In this document: positions 1 to 8,780 of the stretch, piece by piece
Layout: the number at the start of each line of letters is the position of its first letter
Position numbering within the stretch: position 1 is the first letter of the stretch
Assembly: GCA_964557125.1 (NCBI GenBank)
Contig: CAZKYX010000001.1
Location: 1-63,842 of the forward strand
DNA: 63,842 nt
Direction: 5' to 3'
From: an uncultured Gammaproteobacteria bacterium
Lineage (GTDB): Bacteria > Patescibacteriota > Microgenomatia > Levybacterales > GWA1-39-11
The notes under the pieces: model-generated
What the model saw: only the letters and a program-made list of their open reading frames with translations
Told to the model about the DNA's origin: nothing
Database searches by the model: none
Program-made: the position numbers and the translations under genes

Positions 1-47
1 TAACAAGGTATCCCTAGCCGAAGCTGGGGATGGATCACCTCCTTTCT
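1..47 (+). rRNA. rrs: 3' terminus of 16S rRNA (helix 45 and anti-Shine-Dalgarno tail)
   Basis: Window opens with TAACAAGGTATCC...GGATCACCTCCTTTCT, matching the conserved 16S 3' end (GTAACAAGGTA ... GGATCACCTCCTT). Only the last ~47 nt lie in the window. Confidence 0.9.
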
Positions 48-133
48 AAAAAAACTCTCGCCCTTTCATATTGGAAGGACTAAGTTTTATTAGTTCTTCC
101 TACCACTTTTCAAACGTCTTTGGCTTTGGAAAG

Positions 134-178
134 TGTCGAGCTTAGCTTTAGCTAAGCGTCTCACTTTCAAACGTCTTT
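134..178 (+). repeat. 45-nt hairpin element, copy 1 (GCTTAGC-TTTA-GCTAAGC core, then CTCACTTTCAAACGTCTTT)
   Basis: 44/45 identical to 1114..1158 in the same orientation. Lies ~87 nt downstream of the 16S 3' end. Confidence 0.8.
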
Positions 179-282
179 CCTTACTTATTAATTACCTGCT
201 TTCCAAACAATCATATTATTTTTCGAGCCTCGACATTGTACAGGGTTTTTTTGTGTTAATCTAAATTCTCTTGTAAATGTTA

Positions 283-933
283 TTACTGTGCGCAATGTGA
301 GCAGGTGGAACCGGAATAATTTCGATAGACATATGCTGTACCCTGCGAATTGCAGTATTTATCGTAGCATGACGTGCTGCTCGTGCAGTAGGTGCCACCG
401 ATAAAGGTCTCTGGAGTGCAAAGTTGTGATGGTGTTGGTGAAGGTACTGCGTATCCATTGCAGTGTGAGCAATTTGAACCCGAATAAAGTCTTCTATATG
501 TAGATGTTCCACTCGAGTTGCAATATTCGTCATAACAGCTAATTCTACTGATGCAGTATGTCCCACCCACAAATTCTCCGGAGTTACATACTTTTCGGTC
601 GCGAATATTTGGTATTGCAGTGGGTGGATTTCCAACAGGAAGTCCACTTCTCGTTGGTATTGCAGTGGGTGGATTTCCGATAGGGGTATTGTTTTCCCTT
701 GGTATTACTGTTACTGCTACGTTTGGAAAAGAAGTTCTGCTATTACTGTAAGGCGAAGTGTCTCCCCAGTTAAAATAAGCATTTTGGCGAATATCTTGTT
801 CCTGTTGAGTTAATATTGTGGTTGCCCCAATGGCTATTGCAAAAAATCCCAGAAAAAAAATTAACTTGAAGTTATGAAATAAATTACGGGATTTTTTTTG
901 CACCAAATTTTTCTTTTTAAAACTTTGTGCCAT
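283..933 (-). CDS. exported Cys-rich repeat protein with N-terminal anchor and QQEQDIRQNA box
   Basis: 216-aa ORF. N-terminal hydrophobic segment, then two copies of a Cys module (C..F.GGTYC.S..SCYD.YCNS.GT...YSGS.CSHC) and a duplicated GNPPTAIP peptide. Confidence 0.7.
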   Translation of the reverse strand: MAQSFKKKNLVQKKSRNLFHNFKLIFFLGFFAIAIGATTILTQQEQDIRQNAYFNWGDTSPYSNSRTSFPNVAVTVIPRENNTPIGNPPTAIPTRSGLPVGNPPTAIPNIRDRKVCNSGEFVGGTYCISRISCYDEYCNSSGTSTYRRLYSGSNCSHCNGYAVPSPTPSQLCTPETFIGGTYCTSSTSCYDKYCNSQGTAYVYRNYSGSTCSHCAQ

Positions 934-1113
934 ATTTTTTAATATCTTAAAGCCTAGTTTTTTTAAATAAAACTCTATTAATCAATATATTCTTACATGA
1001 AGAGAATTTGTTGTCAAGACAAAATAGCATGTTTTTCTGTTGGCGCTTCATTCTCTCAAAAGACGTCTGTATTTGTATGTGCCGATGTTAAAAAGCTTGT
1101 TAGTATTGTTCAT

Positions 1114-1158
1114 TGTCGAGCTGAGCTTTAGCTAAGCGTCTCACTTTCAAACGTCTTT
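1114..1158 (+). repeat. 45-nt hairpin element, copy 2
   Basis: Near-identical to 134..178. Located between two minus-strand genes. Confidence 0.8.
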
Positions 1159-1220
1159 TTCTCACTTTTCCACACAATAAACACTCCTAATTAAGTTTCG
1201 TGAATTTATAAACGATTGAG

Positions 1221-2063
1221 TTACCTGATTGAAATTGCAACACTCCCAAACCTGAAGTCTCCAACAATTGTCGTGGTTTTTCCACTTTCCACTGTAAATT
1301 GAGTTGTCTTTGGAGTATTTTTATATCTAGTAAAGAACGAATTATATTTAAATGAAACATAATATTTTCCGGGATTTATTGACTGACTAAGTTTTCCGTT
1401 TGATGTTTGTGCGACGACTGTTCCTGAATCAGTAAGGATTTTTATTGTTTGAGGTTCTGGTGTTGTCGAAGCATTTACAAGCCCCTGTTTTACTGGAGTT
1501 GGGGTAGCAACAGACGTTGGGGTAGCAACAGACGTTGGGGTAGCTATTGCTGTTGGGGCAGTTGTAGGAACGTAGGTCGGATATATGATTTTAGTTGGGG
1601 CTGGGGTATATGGCACATTCGTTGGGAATGTAGAACATGAAGAATGACCTGCGCACGCATCTTGTGCTAATTTAGCCAAGGTTGCAGTAGAGCTACATGA
1701 CGTGCTGCTTCCAAGCGTTGAGCCATAACCATCCTGACAGGTATAGACAACGTTTCTAAATGAGCTGTCTCCGCAATACGTATTAAATTGAACTGCGCTT
1801 AGTCCTGTTTTGCATGAAGGAGGAGAGGATGGCATCACTGTTGCTGAAGGTGTTCCAATAGTTGGTTCTGGAGGAGTTACGGGAAATCCAGATGCACGTT
1901 GCCTTGTGTCTTGAATTTGCTGTGTAAGAAAGATAGTGACGGGAAGCGCAAGCGCAATAAGTCCAAAGAAAAAAATGCGTTTGTTTCGCAAACGTGAAGG
2001 AATTTTAGCAAGTATTGCTGTTTTGATTCTATTAAATAAATTCATTGATAAAACAATTCTCAT
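1221..2063 (-). CDS. exported protein: N-terminal anchor, QQIQDTRQRAS box, Cys-rich domain, PT linker, C-terminal beta-sandwich-like domain
   Basis: 280-aa ORF. Hydrophobic segment followed by TQQIQDTRQRAS; tandem ATPTSV repeats. Start could be the internal Met at 2045. Confidence 0.7.
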   Translation of the reverse strand: MRIVLSMNLFNRIKTAILAKIPSRLRNKRIFFFGLIALALPVTIFLTQQIQDTRQRASGFPVTPPEPTIGTPSATVMPSSPPSCKTGLSAVQFNTYCGDSSFRNVVYTCQDGYGSTLGSSTSCSSTATLAKLAQDACAGHSSCSTFPTNVPYTPAPTKIIYPTYVPTTAPTAIATPTSVATPTSVATPTPVKQGLVNASTTPEPQTIKILTDSGTVVAQTSNGKLSQSINPGKYYVSFKYNSFFTRYKNTPKTTQFTVESGKTTTIVGDFRFGSVAISIR

Positions 2064-2077
2064 GTTAAGCTAATAAT

Positions 2078-3226
2078 ATGTTAAAGAATTTGTCAATGCC
2101 TTCTCTGTACGAACTCAGCATTTTGGGGCTAATTTTTTTCCTCCCGCTTGTATTTTTCTCCTCAGTTGTTCATCCTTACGAATATCCAAAATTTTTACTT
2201 CTTATTATTGGAAGCTTTTTACTATCTTGTTTTCATATTGTTATCATTTGGAAGAAAGACAAGATTTTGCATCCGTTTACAACAACTGACATCTTCATCT
2301 TACTATTTCTTTTATGGCTGCTTTTTGTCGATTGTGTTGGTTTGGATACAAAAGTGTCTTTGTTGGGGAGTGAATATAGATTTCAGGGATTTGTAACCTA
2401 TCTTGCTTTAACAACTGTATATTTTTTAATGAGATCAACGCCTATTTTAAAAAAAACTCTATCTAAATTCGCTCTCCTATCTCTTTCAATACTCACGGTT
2501 ATTACTCTTATAGATTTCTTGCGTTTACAGTTAGGCATTCTGGTTCCAAACTTTCAAGGCAGAGTGATAGGTACGATGGGAAACCCAAATTCTTTGGGAA
2601 TTCATCTCGTGCTCCTGCTTTCATTAGTTCTTTTTCTGCGCAATGGAAAGGGGAAAGGTAGGGTTGCTACCGACATGCTAATATGTGTTTGTGTTGGAAT
2701 GGCTGTCTTTATTACGGACTCGCGAAGTGCTCTTATGGGGTTTGTCTTTGTAATTATCAGCAAAGTGATATATCTTTTTTACAAAAGATTTGGAAGAAAA
2801 GCTTTGATAGTGGGAATTGGGATTGCTTTGCTGGGATTTGTTATCGCGTTTAATGTATATTCTTCAAGTACACAGAAAAGAATTTCACAGTGGGAAAGTA
2901 GATCACTTATTTGGAAGCATGCAGTACATGCGATTACAAAAAACTCATTTACAGGATATGGTCAGGAGAACTATGAATTGGTTTTTCCAAAGGACCTAAA
3001 GCTGAAAGTAGATAGTGCCCATAATTATTTATTGGAATTGGGAGTTTCTGGTGGAATTCCATTAATTCTGTTATTTCTATTTGTAATTTTTTCTGTATTG
3101 CGTCAAAAAAGGTCGTTATATCTAAAGATTTTTATTGGAACGTTTCTAATTGTTTCCTTCTTTAATCCTTTCTCAATTGCTACATTATTACTACTGTGGG
3201 GAATATTGGGTTTTACAGACAGTTAG
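2078..3226 (+). CDS. O-antigen ligase (Wzy_C)-like polytopic membrane protein
   Basis: 382-aa ORF with ~10 hydrophobic segments and the TDSRSALMGF motif region typical of the O-antigen ligase / WaaL family. Confidence 0.6.
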   Translation: MLKNLSMPSLYELSILGLIFFLPLVFFSSVVHPYEYPKFLLLIIGSFLLSCFHIVIIWKKDKILHPFTTTDIFILLFLLWLLFVDCVGLDTKVSLLGSEYRFQGFVTYLALTTVYFLMRSTPILKKTLSKFALLSLSILTVITLIDFLRLQLGILVPNFQGRVIGTMGNPNSLGIHLVLLLSLVLFLRNGKGKGRVATDMLICVCVGMAVFITDSRSALMGFVFVIISKVIYLFYKRFGRKALIVGIGIALLGFVIAFNVYSSSTQKRISQWESRSLIWKHAVHAITKNSFTGYGQENYELVFPKDLKLKVDSAHNYLLELGVSGGIPLILLFLFVIFSVLRQKRSLYLKIFIGTFLIVSFFNPFSIATLLLLWGILGFTDS

Positions 3227-3283
3227 TTAATTATCAGTTTTCTTTAAAACTATTGGTAAGATCGAAGGAAAGGGAAGTTGTTA

Positions 3284-5566
3284 CTATTTTGACCAAGTAA
3301 ATTTTGCAACAGCCTGTCCTTTATTTTCGTAATACTGAACAATAATTGTATGTACGCCTTGTGACATGTATTTCGTGAAGGTTCTTGTAGAAGCTCCCTG
3401 ATCTTTCCAACTATTGTAAACGGCCGTCCCATCTATATACACTCTCATCCCGTCGTCGTTACTTACGGTAAATCTATAGTAGCCCGATGTAAAAGACTGA
3501 TTTTTAGTCCACCTGACAGAAAACGCGTTGGAATTAATTTTTGGATCCGGTGAGTTTGCTCCCCAGTTAAAATTAATCGTACTGTCATCTCTTATGAGTG
3601 CTGGAACACCAATTAAGCTCGAATTATTATAGTATTCGCCTTTAAAGCCAAGAATTTGAACACTGGTTGGTGTAGGGGTTAGCGTTGGAATAAAAGTAGG
3701 AGTAGGGGTAGGAGAGGGTGAGCGAGTTGGAGTGGCTGTAGGAATTGGCGATGGGGTCATCGTAGCCGAAGGTGTGTTGAGGGGAATAGAGGTTGGAATA
3801 GGTGTTGAAGTGGGTAATAACGTTGGAGTTGGCGATTGCGTTGATGCTGTTGGCGTAAGAGTTGGCAGCGAATGCATGGAAGCCATAACTGCGTCAAAAG
3901 ATGATTTCTTAGTGCCGTCAGTACGTAGTATGCCAAAGGTTCCTTCACAGAGACCACTTGAAGTTGATTCATCCATGATTTCGTAGAGAATTATTAGTTT
4001 AGCTGTTGAGAGCTTGAGACTATTTACAGATTTTGTTACATAATTCTCCTGATCTGCTTCTGTGTATGTGCCTGGAAGTGTGCAAGTTCCTGTTTCTGCA
4101 ACTGCAACATCCTTTGAATAGCGTGTTTTTAAGTCGTCAACACGTGAACCTAACTTAGCAATTTCTATTAAATCTGGAGTTGGATACATATCAACTGACA
4201 ATATGTCCAGATTATCTTTTAGACTATCAAAGAACTGGTACCATTTCTGGACAGTAGCATCATTCATTGGGTAACCGCTGACGTTTGCAGTAATAAGAGC
4301 ATTTGAGTCATTTGTTTTAATAACGTTTTTAGCTATAGCTATCAGACTATTCAGATCTGACAAATATGCAGGTGAAGTTGTAGTAAGAGCTGAGTAATCT
4401 CTGAAGTGATGGGTATCGGCCTCATTAAATATTTGCCATATTTCCACTTTTCCCGTGTATCTTTTGGAAAGGTAATCATAGAACTGGTTAACAACACTTT
4501 TATAATCATCAATCGTATAATTTTTAGCGAATGCTGGTGTATTGGTAACTAGAAATACTTTTAACCCTTTGCTCCGAGCATAGTCTATCGCTGTGTCATA
4601 TATGGCAAGATTTGTATTATTCCACAGTATTGCATCTGATGAGATCCCCTGAACGCTCTGAACAGTTGATGTTCCTGCTGTAAGATCTGCTATGACAGTG
4701 GTTGTTTTATTTTCAGAAATAGATATTTGTGTTGCGGTTGGTATTTTTGGAGTTTGTCCATTCACCGAAATAAATGGGTACACATACGTGAGTGTGTAAT
4801 TTCCAGCTGGTAATGGTGTCCAGTCAACGCTCCATGTTTTTTGAAGTACTGTTTGCCCTGCTGTATCTGCGACGGTTATTGTTGCTTCAGCCGCTGGAAT
4901 TGTTTGTACTCTCAAGAGTCCCGATAATGGATTTGGCGTGATGGTTTCTGTGCCCTTTGTAAGATCGCTAACCACTACAGTAGTCTGATTTGAATATACT
5001 GTGATGTTTTGTGGTTGTGGTATTGCTACAGGTAGACCATTAATTGTATTGTGAGGATAGGTATACTGAATTGTATATTTTCCAACCGGCAGACTAATCC
5101 AGTCAACGCTCCATGATTTTTGATGTACAACTTGCCCTGAAGGGTTTTTGACAATTATTGTCGCTTCAGCTGCTGGATTTGTTTGTACTCTTAGAAGTCC
5201 AGGATTTGCTGAGGGTGTTGGAGTTGGTGTGGCTGTTGGAATTGTATTTGGAGCTTCAGCTGCTACCTCAAAATCAATAATATTAAAACGAATCCATTTT
5301 TGACCGTTTGCAGCTAGAGTGTCAACGTTAGATTTGAATGTATTGATATCAAGGTTGTTATTTGCTGCAGAAACATGCGTATTAAAGCCGAATTCTGTTC
5401 CGACGGTTCCTGATGCACGTTGTCGAAGATCCTGTCTTTGAGTGACTAAGAAGAAGGTTACCCCAATCCCTACAGCCATTAAGGCTAGAAATAAGTATGA
5501 TTTTGAATTTTTTAAATTCGTTCGAATTTTTTGATAAAGACTAGTTTCGAGAATAACTCTTACCAT
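3284..5566 (-). CDS. exported clan GH-A (GH5-like) glycoside hydrolase with two PEGA-like Ig repeats and a C-terminal PA14 domain
   Basis: IWQIFNEAD (acid/base NE) and VAVAETG (nucleophile E) motifs. Two ~95-aa LLRVQT.PAAEATI repeats. C-terminal GFKGEYYNN...YRF...DDGMRVYIDG fits PA14. TM plus [11 protein letters not shown] box. The ORF extends to GTG 5602; ATG 5566 preferred. Confidence 0.75.
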   Translation of the reverse strand: MVRVILETSLYQKIRTNLKNSKSYLFLALMAVGIGVTFFLVTQRQDLRQRASGTVGTEFGFNTHVSAANNNLDINTFKSNVDTLAANGQKWIRFNIIDFEVAAEAPNTIPTATPTPTPSANPGLLRVQTNPAAEATIIVKNPSGQVVHQKSWSVDWISLPVGKYTIQYTYPHNTINGLPVAIPQPQNITVYSNQTTVVVSDLTKGTETITPNPLSGLLRVQTIPAAEATITVADTAGQTVLQKTWSVDWTPLPAGNYTLTYVYPFISVNGQTPKIPTATQISISENKTTTVIADLTAGTSTVQSVQGISSDAILWNNTNLAIYDTAIDYARSKGLKVFLVTNTPAFAKNYTIDDYKSVVNQFYDYLSKRYTGKVEIWQIFNEADTHHFRDYSALTTTSPAYLSDLNSLIAIAKNVIKTNDSNALITANVSGYPMNDATVQKWYQFFDSLKDNLDILSVDMYPTPDLIEIAKLGSRVDDLKTRYSKDVAVAETGTCTLPGTYTEADQENYVTKSVNSLKLSTAKLIILYEIMDESTSSGLCEGTFGILRTDGTKKSSFDAVMASMHSLPTLTPTASTQSPTPTLLPTSTPIPTSIPLNTPSATMTPSPIPTATPTRSPSPTPTPTFIPTLTPTPTSVQILGFKGEYYNNSSLIGVPALIRDDSTINFNWGANSPDPKINSNAFSVRWTKNQSFTSGYYRFTVSNDDGMRVYIDGTAVYNSWKDQGASTRTFTKYMSQGVHTIIVQYYENKGQAVAKFTWSK

Positions 5567-5682
5567 GATTGATAATTTCAACGTAACACAGTAAAAGTGC
5601 ACGTGTCAATTGCTATTTGCCTCAAGATTCAATTTTTAGTAAAATAACAGTCTAGTTTAAGTTTTTACTCATGTGAAAGCAT

Positions 5683-5754
5683 GGGCGCATGGCTCAGTGG
5701 TAGAGCGCGTTCCTGATAAGAACGAGGTCCATGGTTCGATCCCATGTGCGCCCA
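5683..5754 (+). tRNA. tRNA-Ile (anticodon GAU)
   Basis: Cloverleaf by hand: acceptor GGGCGCA/TGCGCCC, anticodon loop CTGATAA, T-loop GGTTCGATCCC, discriminator A. No encoded CCA. Confidence 0.9.
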
Positions 5755-5770
5755 CATTAACCCCTACACA

Positions 5771-5800
5771 TTGACTTTGACCTCTCAAACTCACTAATAT
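5771..5800 (+). promoter_or_regulatory. sigma70-like promoter: -35 TTGACT, 18-nt spacer, -10 TAATAT, 6 nt before GTG 5807
   Basis: Hexamers read directly. Spacing implies a leaderless or near-leaderless transcript. Confidence 0.4.
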
Positions 5801-5806
5801 AATAGT

Positions 5807-7969
5807 GTGGAAAGTGAATTAAATACACAAGTTACTCTGCCCAATGACGACAAGCCATTCTGGCAAAAAATAAATAAAGGACCCAGTTTTGCGCTTATTG
5901 CACTTGCCTTACTGTTACTCATTGGTGTGGTGAGCGCTCTTGGTATTAGAACGGTTGATAAAGTAAAGAAAGAGCAGGCTGAAAAGGGAAGCGATACAGC
6001 TTTTATTGCAAACAACACCATTGTATATGGTTTTTGGGCTTCAGGTGGTTCTTTAGTTGAAGCAATTGATCTCTCAGTAAGTAAAAAGAGCGTGCTTACC
6101 ATGTTGCCAACCAATGTGAAGCACATAAAGGTGCTCGATAGTAATTCAATTTTATATATCAATGATACCGATTTAAATGATTATGGGAAAAGTTTGGTTG
6201 TGAGAAATATTTCTTCCTCAACAGATAGGATAGTAATAACCGCCAATGAGGAGATGGGAATTGATGATTATGTTATTTCCCCAAGTGGTAAATTTGCGGC
6301 TGTTTGGATGGTAAGTATCCTTGCTGAAAATGATTCATATTCGGCTGGTAAATCAAAAGTATACTCAGTTGATATTACATCAGGGGAATCAAGTCTTCTG
6401 TATGATGAAAGTTCTGCGAATGGGTTTGCAGTCAGATATCCAGTTGCAGTAACTGATAATGGAGACATATTTTTTGATAAATTCAAACCAAATTCAGGGG
6501 CTGGATGGGGATATGGTATGAGTGTGTCTAATTTCTCAGGGAGTGAAAAAAGCGATATTACATCAATGCAAAATGGAACATATAGCACGCAACCCATTGT
6601 ATCTCCAGATGGAAATACTATTGCCTTTGCTGGTTACAATGGCACCGATGGAGCAACCGTACTGAACGGTTTTCGAAAGGCTATTATTACTCCCAACACA
6701 GTTGAATATTTTAATTTGGCAACAAAAGAAAGAAAGAAAATTGATACAGGATTTGATACGGCCATATATCCAACGGTCGGTTGGGACACTGCATCTGGAA
6801 AGCTACTCTTTTCAGTTACAGAAAAAAGCGGCGACGGAATTAACAGTTATAGATATGCGCATAGTCTCAGTACCAACCAAGTTGTAAAAGTGGAAGAAAG
6901 TGAAAGCCTTTCAAATACGGGGTTTTATGCATATCTTACTGGGGGAAAAATTCTGAATGCTGAGATTACGAGGGACACATCTTCTGTTGGAAATTTGGGT
7001 TCACGATATAGTCAGGGAATAAATAAATTTACGGTTGTTGATCCGATTCTCAATAATGAAAAAGAGGTTCCAATCAATAGGTCGCCATTTCAATTTATTG
7101 CACTAAAAAGTGGTGGATACTTTCCAATTCTAAAAAACAAAACTGCAGAGGAATTGAAAGAATCTGATAGACAGCTTCAGTTACAAACGTTTGAGTTAAA
7201 GCCCAGTCTTGCACCACGACGTGAAGAAAGACAAAGCAGTCCACCATTCGTACCCCCGAGTGAAGGAGAGGAGCCACAATTGCCACAATGTAGAGAATCA
7301 ACGTATCCTGCCTGCAACCAGCTATTGGGAACGAATCATCCGGTAGGAACAGACATTGGGGACTTGGGGGACCCTGCATTTAGTGAATGCGTCTGGAGTC
7401 AGCAGCAAAAAGGAGAAGCAGGTTCTACCTGTATGGATAGTCCACTTTATTTGTATGGAAAAGAGGGACAAAGTGTAACAGTTAACATTAATACAGAAGT
7501 AAGCAACGAAAATATTCCACTTACGAATAATAGTTTTAAGGCAACACTAGAGAGCAATAGTATCCGCGTTAATGATAATTTGGTCAGCAGTGTTGCATAC
7601 GATTACGTTTCTAAAGTTAGCAGACTTCCAAAACTTGAAACAGGGTATACCGTAAAAATTTCAGAGTTACCTCTATTAATTCAAAAAATATCCAAAGAAT
7701 TTAATTTCAATCAGAAAGAAACACAGGATTTACTTTGGAGTGTTTCTGAAATAAATTCACCATATGTTTTTGTTTCTTTCTATGATCATGCAACATCTCA
7801 CGCAATTTTACCTCTCTCATTTAATCCTCAACCTGATACGTACCGAAATATTGTTTTTTACTTCAAAAAACTTTCTAAATCACCATCAGAACTTCCAGAA
7901 AAACCGGAAGTATCACCCATTGTAAGAAATGGGTTCACTGCAATAGAGATTAGTTATAGAGTTGAGTAA
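5807..7969 (+). CDS. membrane-anchored extracytoplasmic protein with TolB/WD40-like beta-propeller region
   Basis: 720-aa ORF with N-terminal TM. SPDGNTIAFAG and SPSGKFAAV blades are typical of TolB/DPP-IV N-terminal propellers. Cys-containing middle region. Confidence 0.65.
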   Translation: MESELNTQVTLPNDDKPFWQKINKGPSFALIALALLLLIGVVSALGIRTVDKVKKEQAEKGSDTAFIANNTIVYGFWASGGSLVEAIDLSVSKKSVLTMLPTNVKHIKVLDSNSILYINDTDLNDYGKSLVVRNISSSTDRIVITANEEMGIDDYVISPSGKFAAVWMVSILAENDSYSAGKSKVYSVDITSGESSLLYDESSANGFAVRYPVAVTDNGDIFFDKFKPNSGAGWGYGMSVSNFSGSEKSDITSMQNGTYSTQPIVSPDGNTIAFAGYNGTDGATVLNGFRKAIITPNTVEYFNLATKERKKIDTGFDTAIYPTVGWDTASGKLLFSVTEKSGDGINSYRYAHSLSTNQVVKVEESESLSNTGFYAYLTGGKILNAEITRDTSSVGNLGSRYSQGINKFTVVDPILNNEKEVPINRSPFQFIALKSGGYFPILKNKTAEELKESDRQLQLQTFELKPSLAPRREERQSSPPFVPPSEGEEPQLPQCRESTYPACNQLLGTNHPVGTDIGDLGDPAFSECVWSQQQKGEAGSTCMDSPLYLYGKEGQSVTVNINTEVSNENIPLTNNSFKATLESNSIRVNDNLVSSVAYDYVSKVSRLPKLETGYTVKISELPLLIQKISKEFNFNQKETQDLLWSVSEINSPYVFVSFYDHATSHAILPLSFNPQPDTYRNIVFYFKKLSKSPSELPEKPEVSPIVRNGFTAIEISYRVE

Positions 7970-8034
7970 TTTCTTCTTGTCATTTTTATTTCTCATGTGT
8001 ACAATTACGTATCAGCAGTTCGTATTTGTTTTAG

Positions 8035-8062
8035 CTACAACCTAAAACCTACAACCTAACCT
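8035..8062 (+). repeat. heptad array, C-rich orientation (CTACAACCTAAAACCTACAACCTAACCT), abutting the dcd start codon
   Basis: Period-7 AACCTNN units end exactly at ATG 8063. Confidence 0.8.
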
Positions 8063-8635
8063 ATGGTACTTTCAGACAGGGATTTAAAGGCAGCAATTAA
8101 GAAAAAGAAAATCGTTATAAAACCTTTCCCGAATTTTGAGGAACAACTTGGTTCTAACTCTATCGATTTGAGACTTGGAAATGCCTTCAGAATTTTTGAT
8201 CACAGCAAATACGCTTACATTGACCCTTTCAGAAAAGATGTTGGAGAAGAAATAACCCGAGAGGTAAAAAAGAAAAAAGGAGAACCATTTATTATTCAGC
8301 CTGGCGAATTTGTTTTGGGAACAACTGTGGAATATGTAGAAGTTCCTGATGATATGGTGGGAAGTCTTGAGGGCCGTTCTAGCATAGGAAGACTTGGAAT
8401 AATAATTCACTCAACTGCGGCTAGTATTGAATGTGGATTTCGAGGAAATATTACGCTTGAGATTGCAAATTTAGGAAAAATGCCTGTAGCTCTTTACCCA
8501 AATATGAGAATTTGCTCTATATCATTTCTGATGCTTACATCGCCAGCCGAAGTGCCATACTACAAAAAGAAAAGTGCAAAGTATTCAGGACAATTAGGTC
8601 CCGACCAGTCAAAGATACATGAGGAAATAAAATAA
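8063..8635 (+). CDS. dcd: dCTP deaminase
   Basis: 190 aa. MVLSDRDLK N-terminus, SIDLRLG and EGRSSIGRLGI motifs characteristic of Dcd / dUTPase-fold deaminases. Confidence 0.9.
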   Translation: MVLSDRDLKAAIKKKKIVIKPFPNFEEQLGSNSIDLRLGNAFRIFDHSKYAYIDPFRKDVGEEITREVKKKKGEPFIIQPGEFVLGTTVEYVEVPDDMVGSLEGRSSIGRLGIIIHSTAASIECGFRGNITLEIANLGKMPVALYPNMRICSISFLMLTSPAEVPYYKKKSAKYSGQLGPDQSKIHEEIK

Positions 8636-8780
8636 TAGGGTACAGTTAGGAAAGAACCTCAATTTTTAATTCTTAATTTTTAATTTGAAATCAAATCTAA
8701 ATATTTAATTTTTAAAATTTAAAACATTGATTAAAAATTTTAAATTTGAGCTTTAAAATTAAACTAAGCATCAGCCATTT

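Noticed and set aside
261-647. 128-aa minus-strand ORF overlapping 283..933 in another frame.
   Set aside because: The 283..933 frame has a TM anchor, the conserved box and duplicated Cys modules. The alternative frame has no such features.
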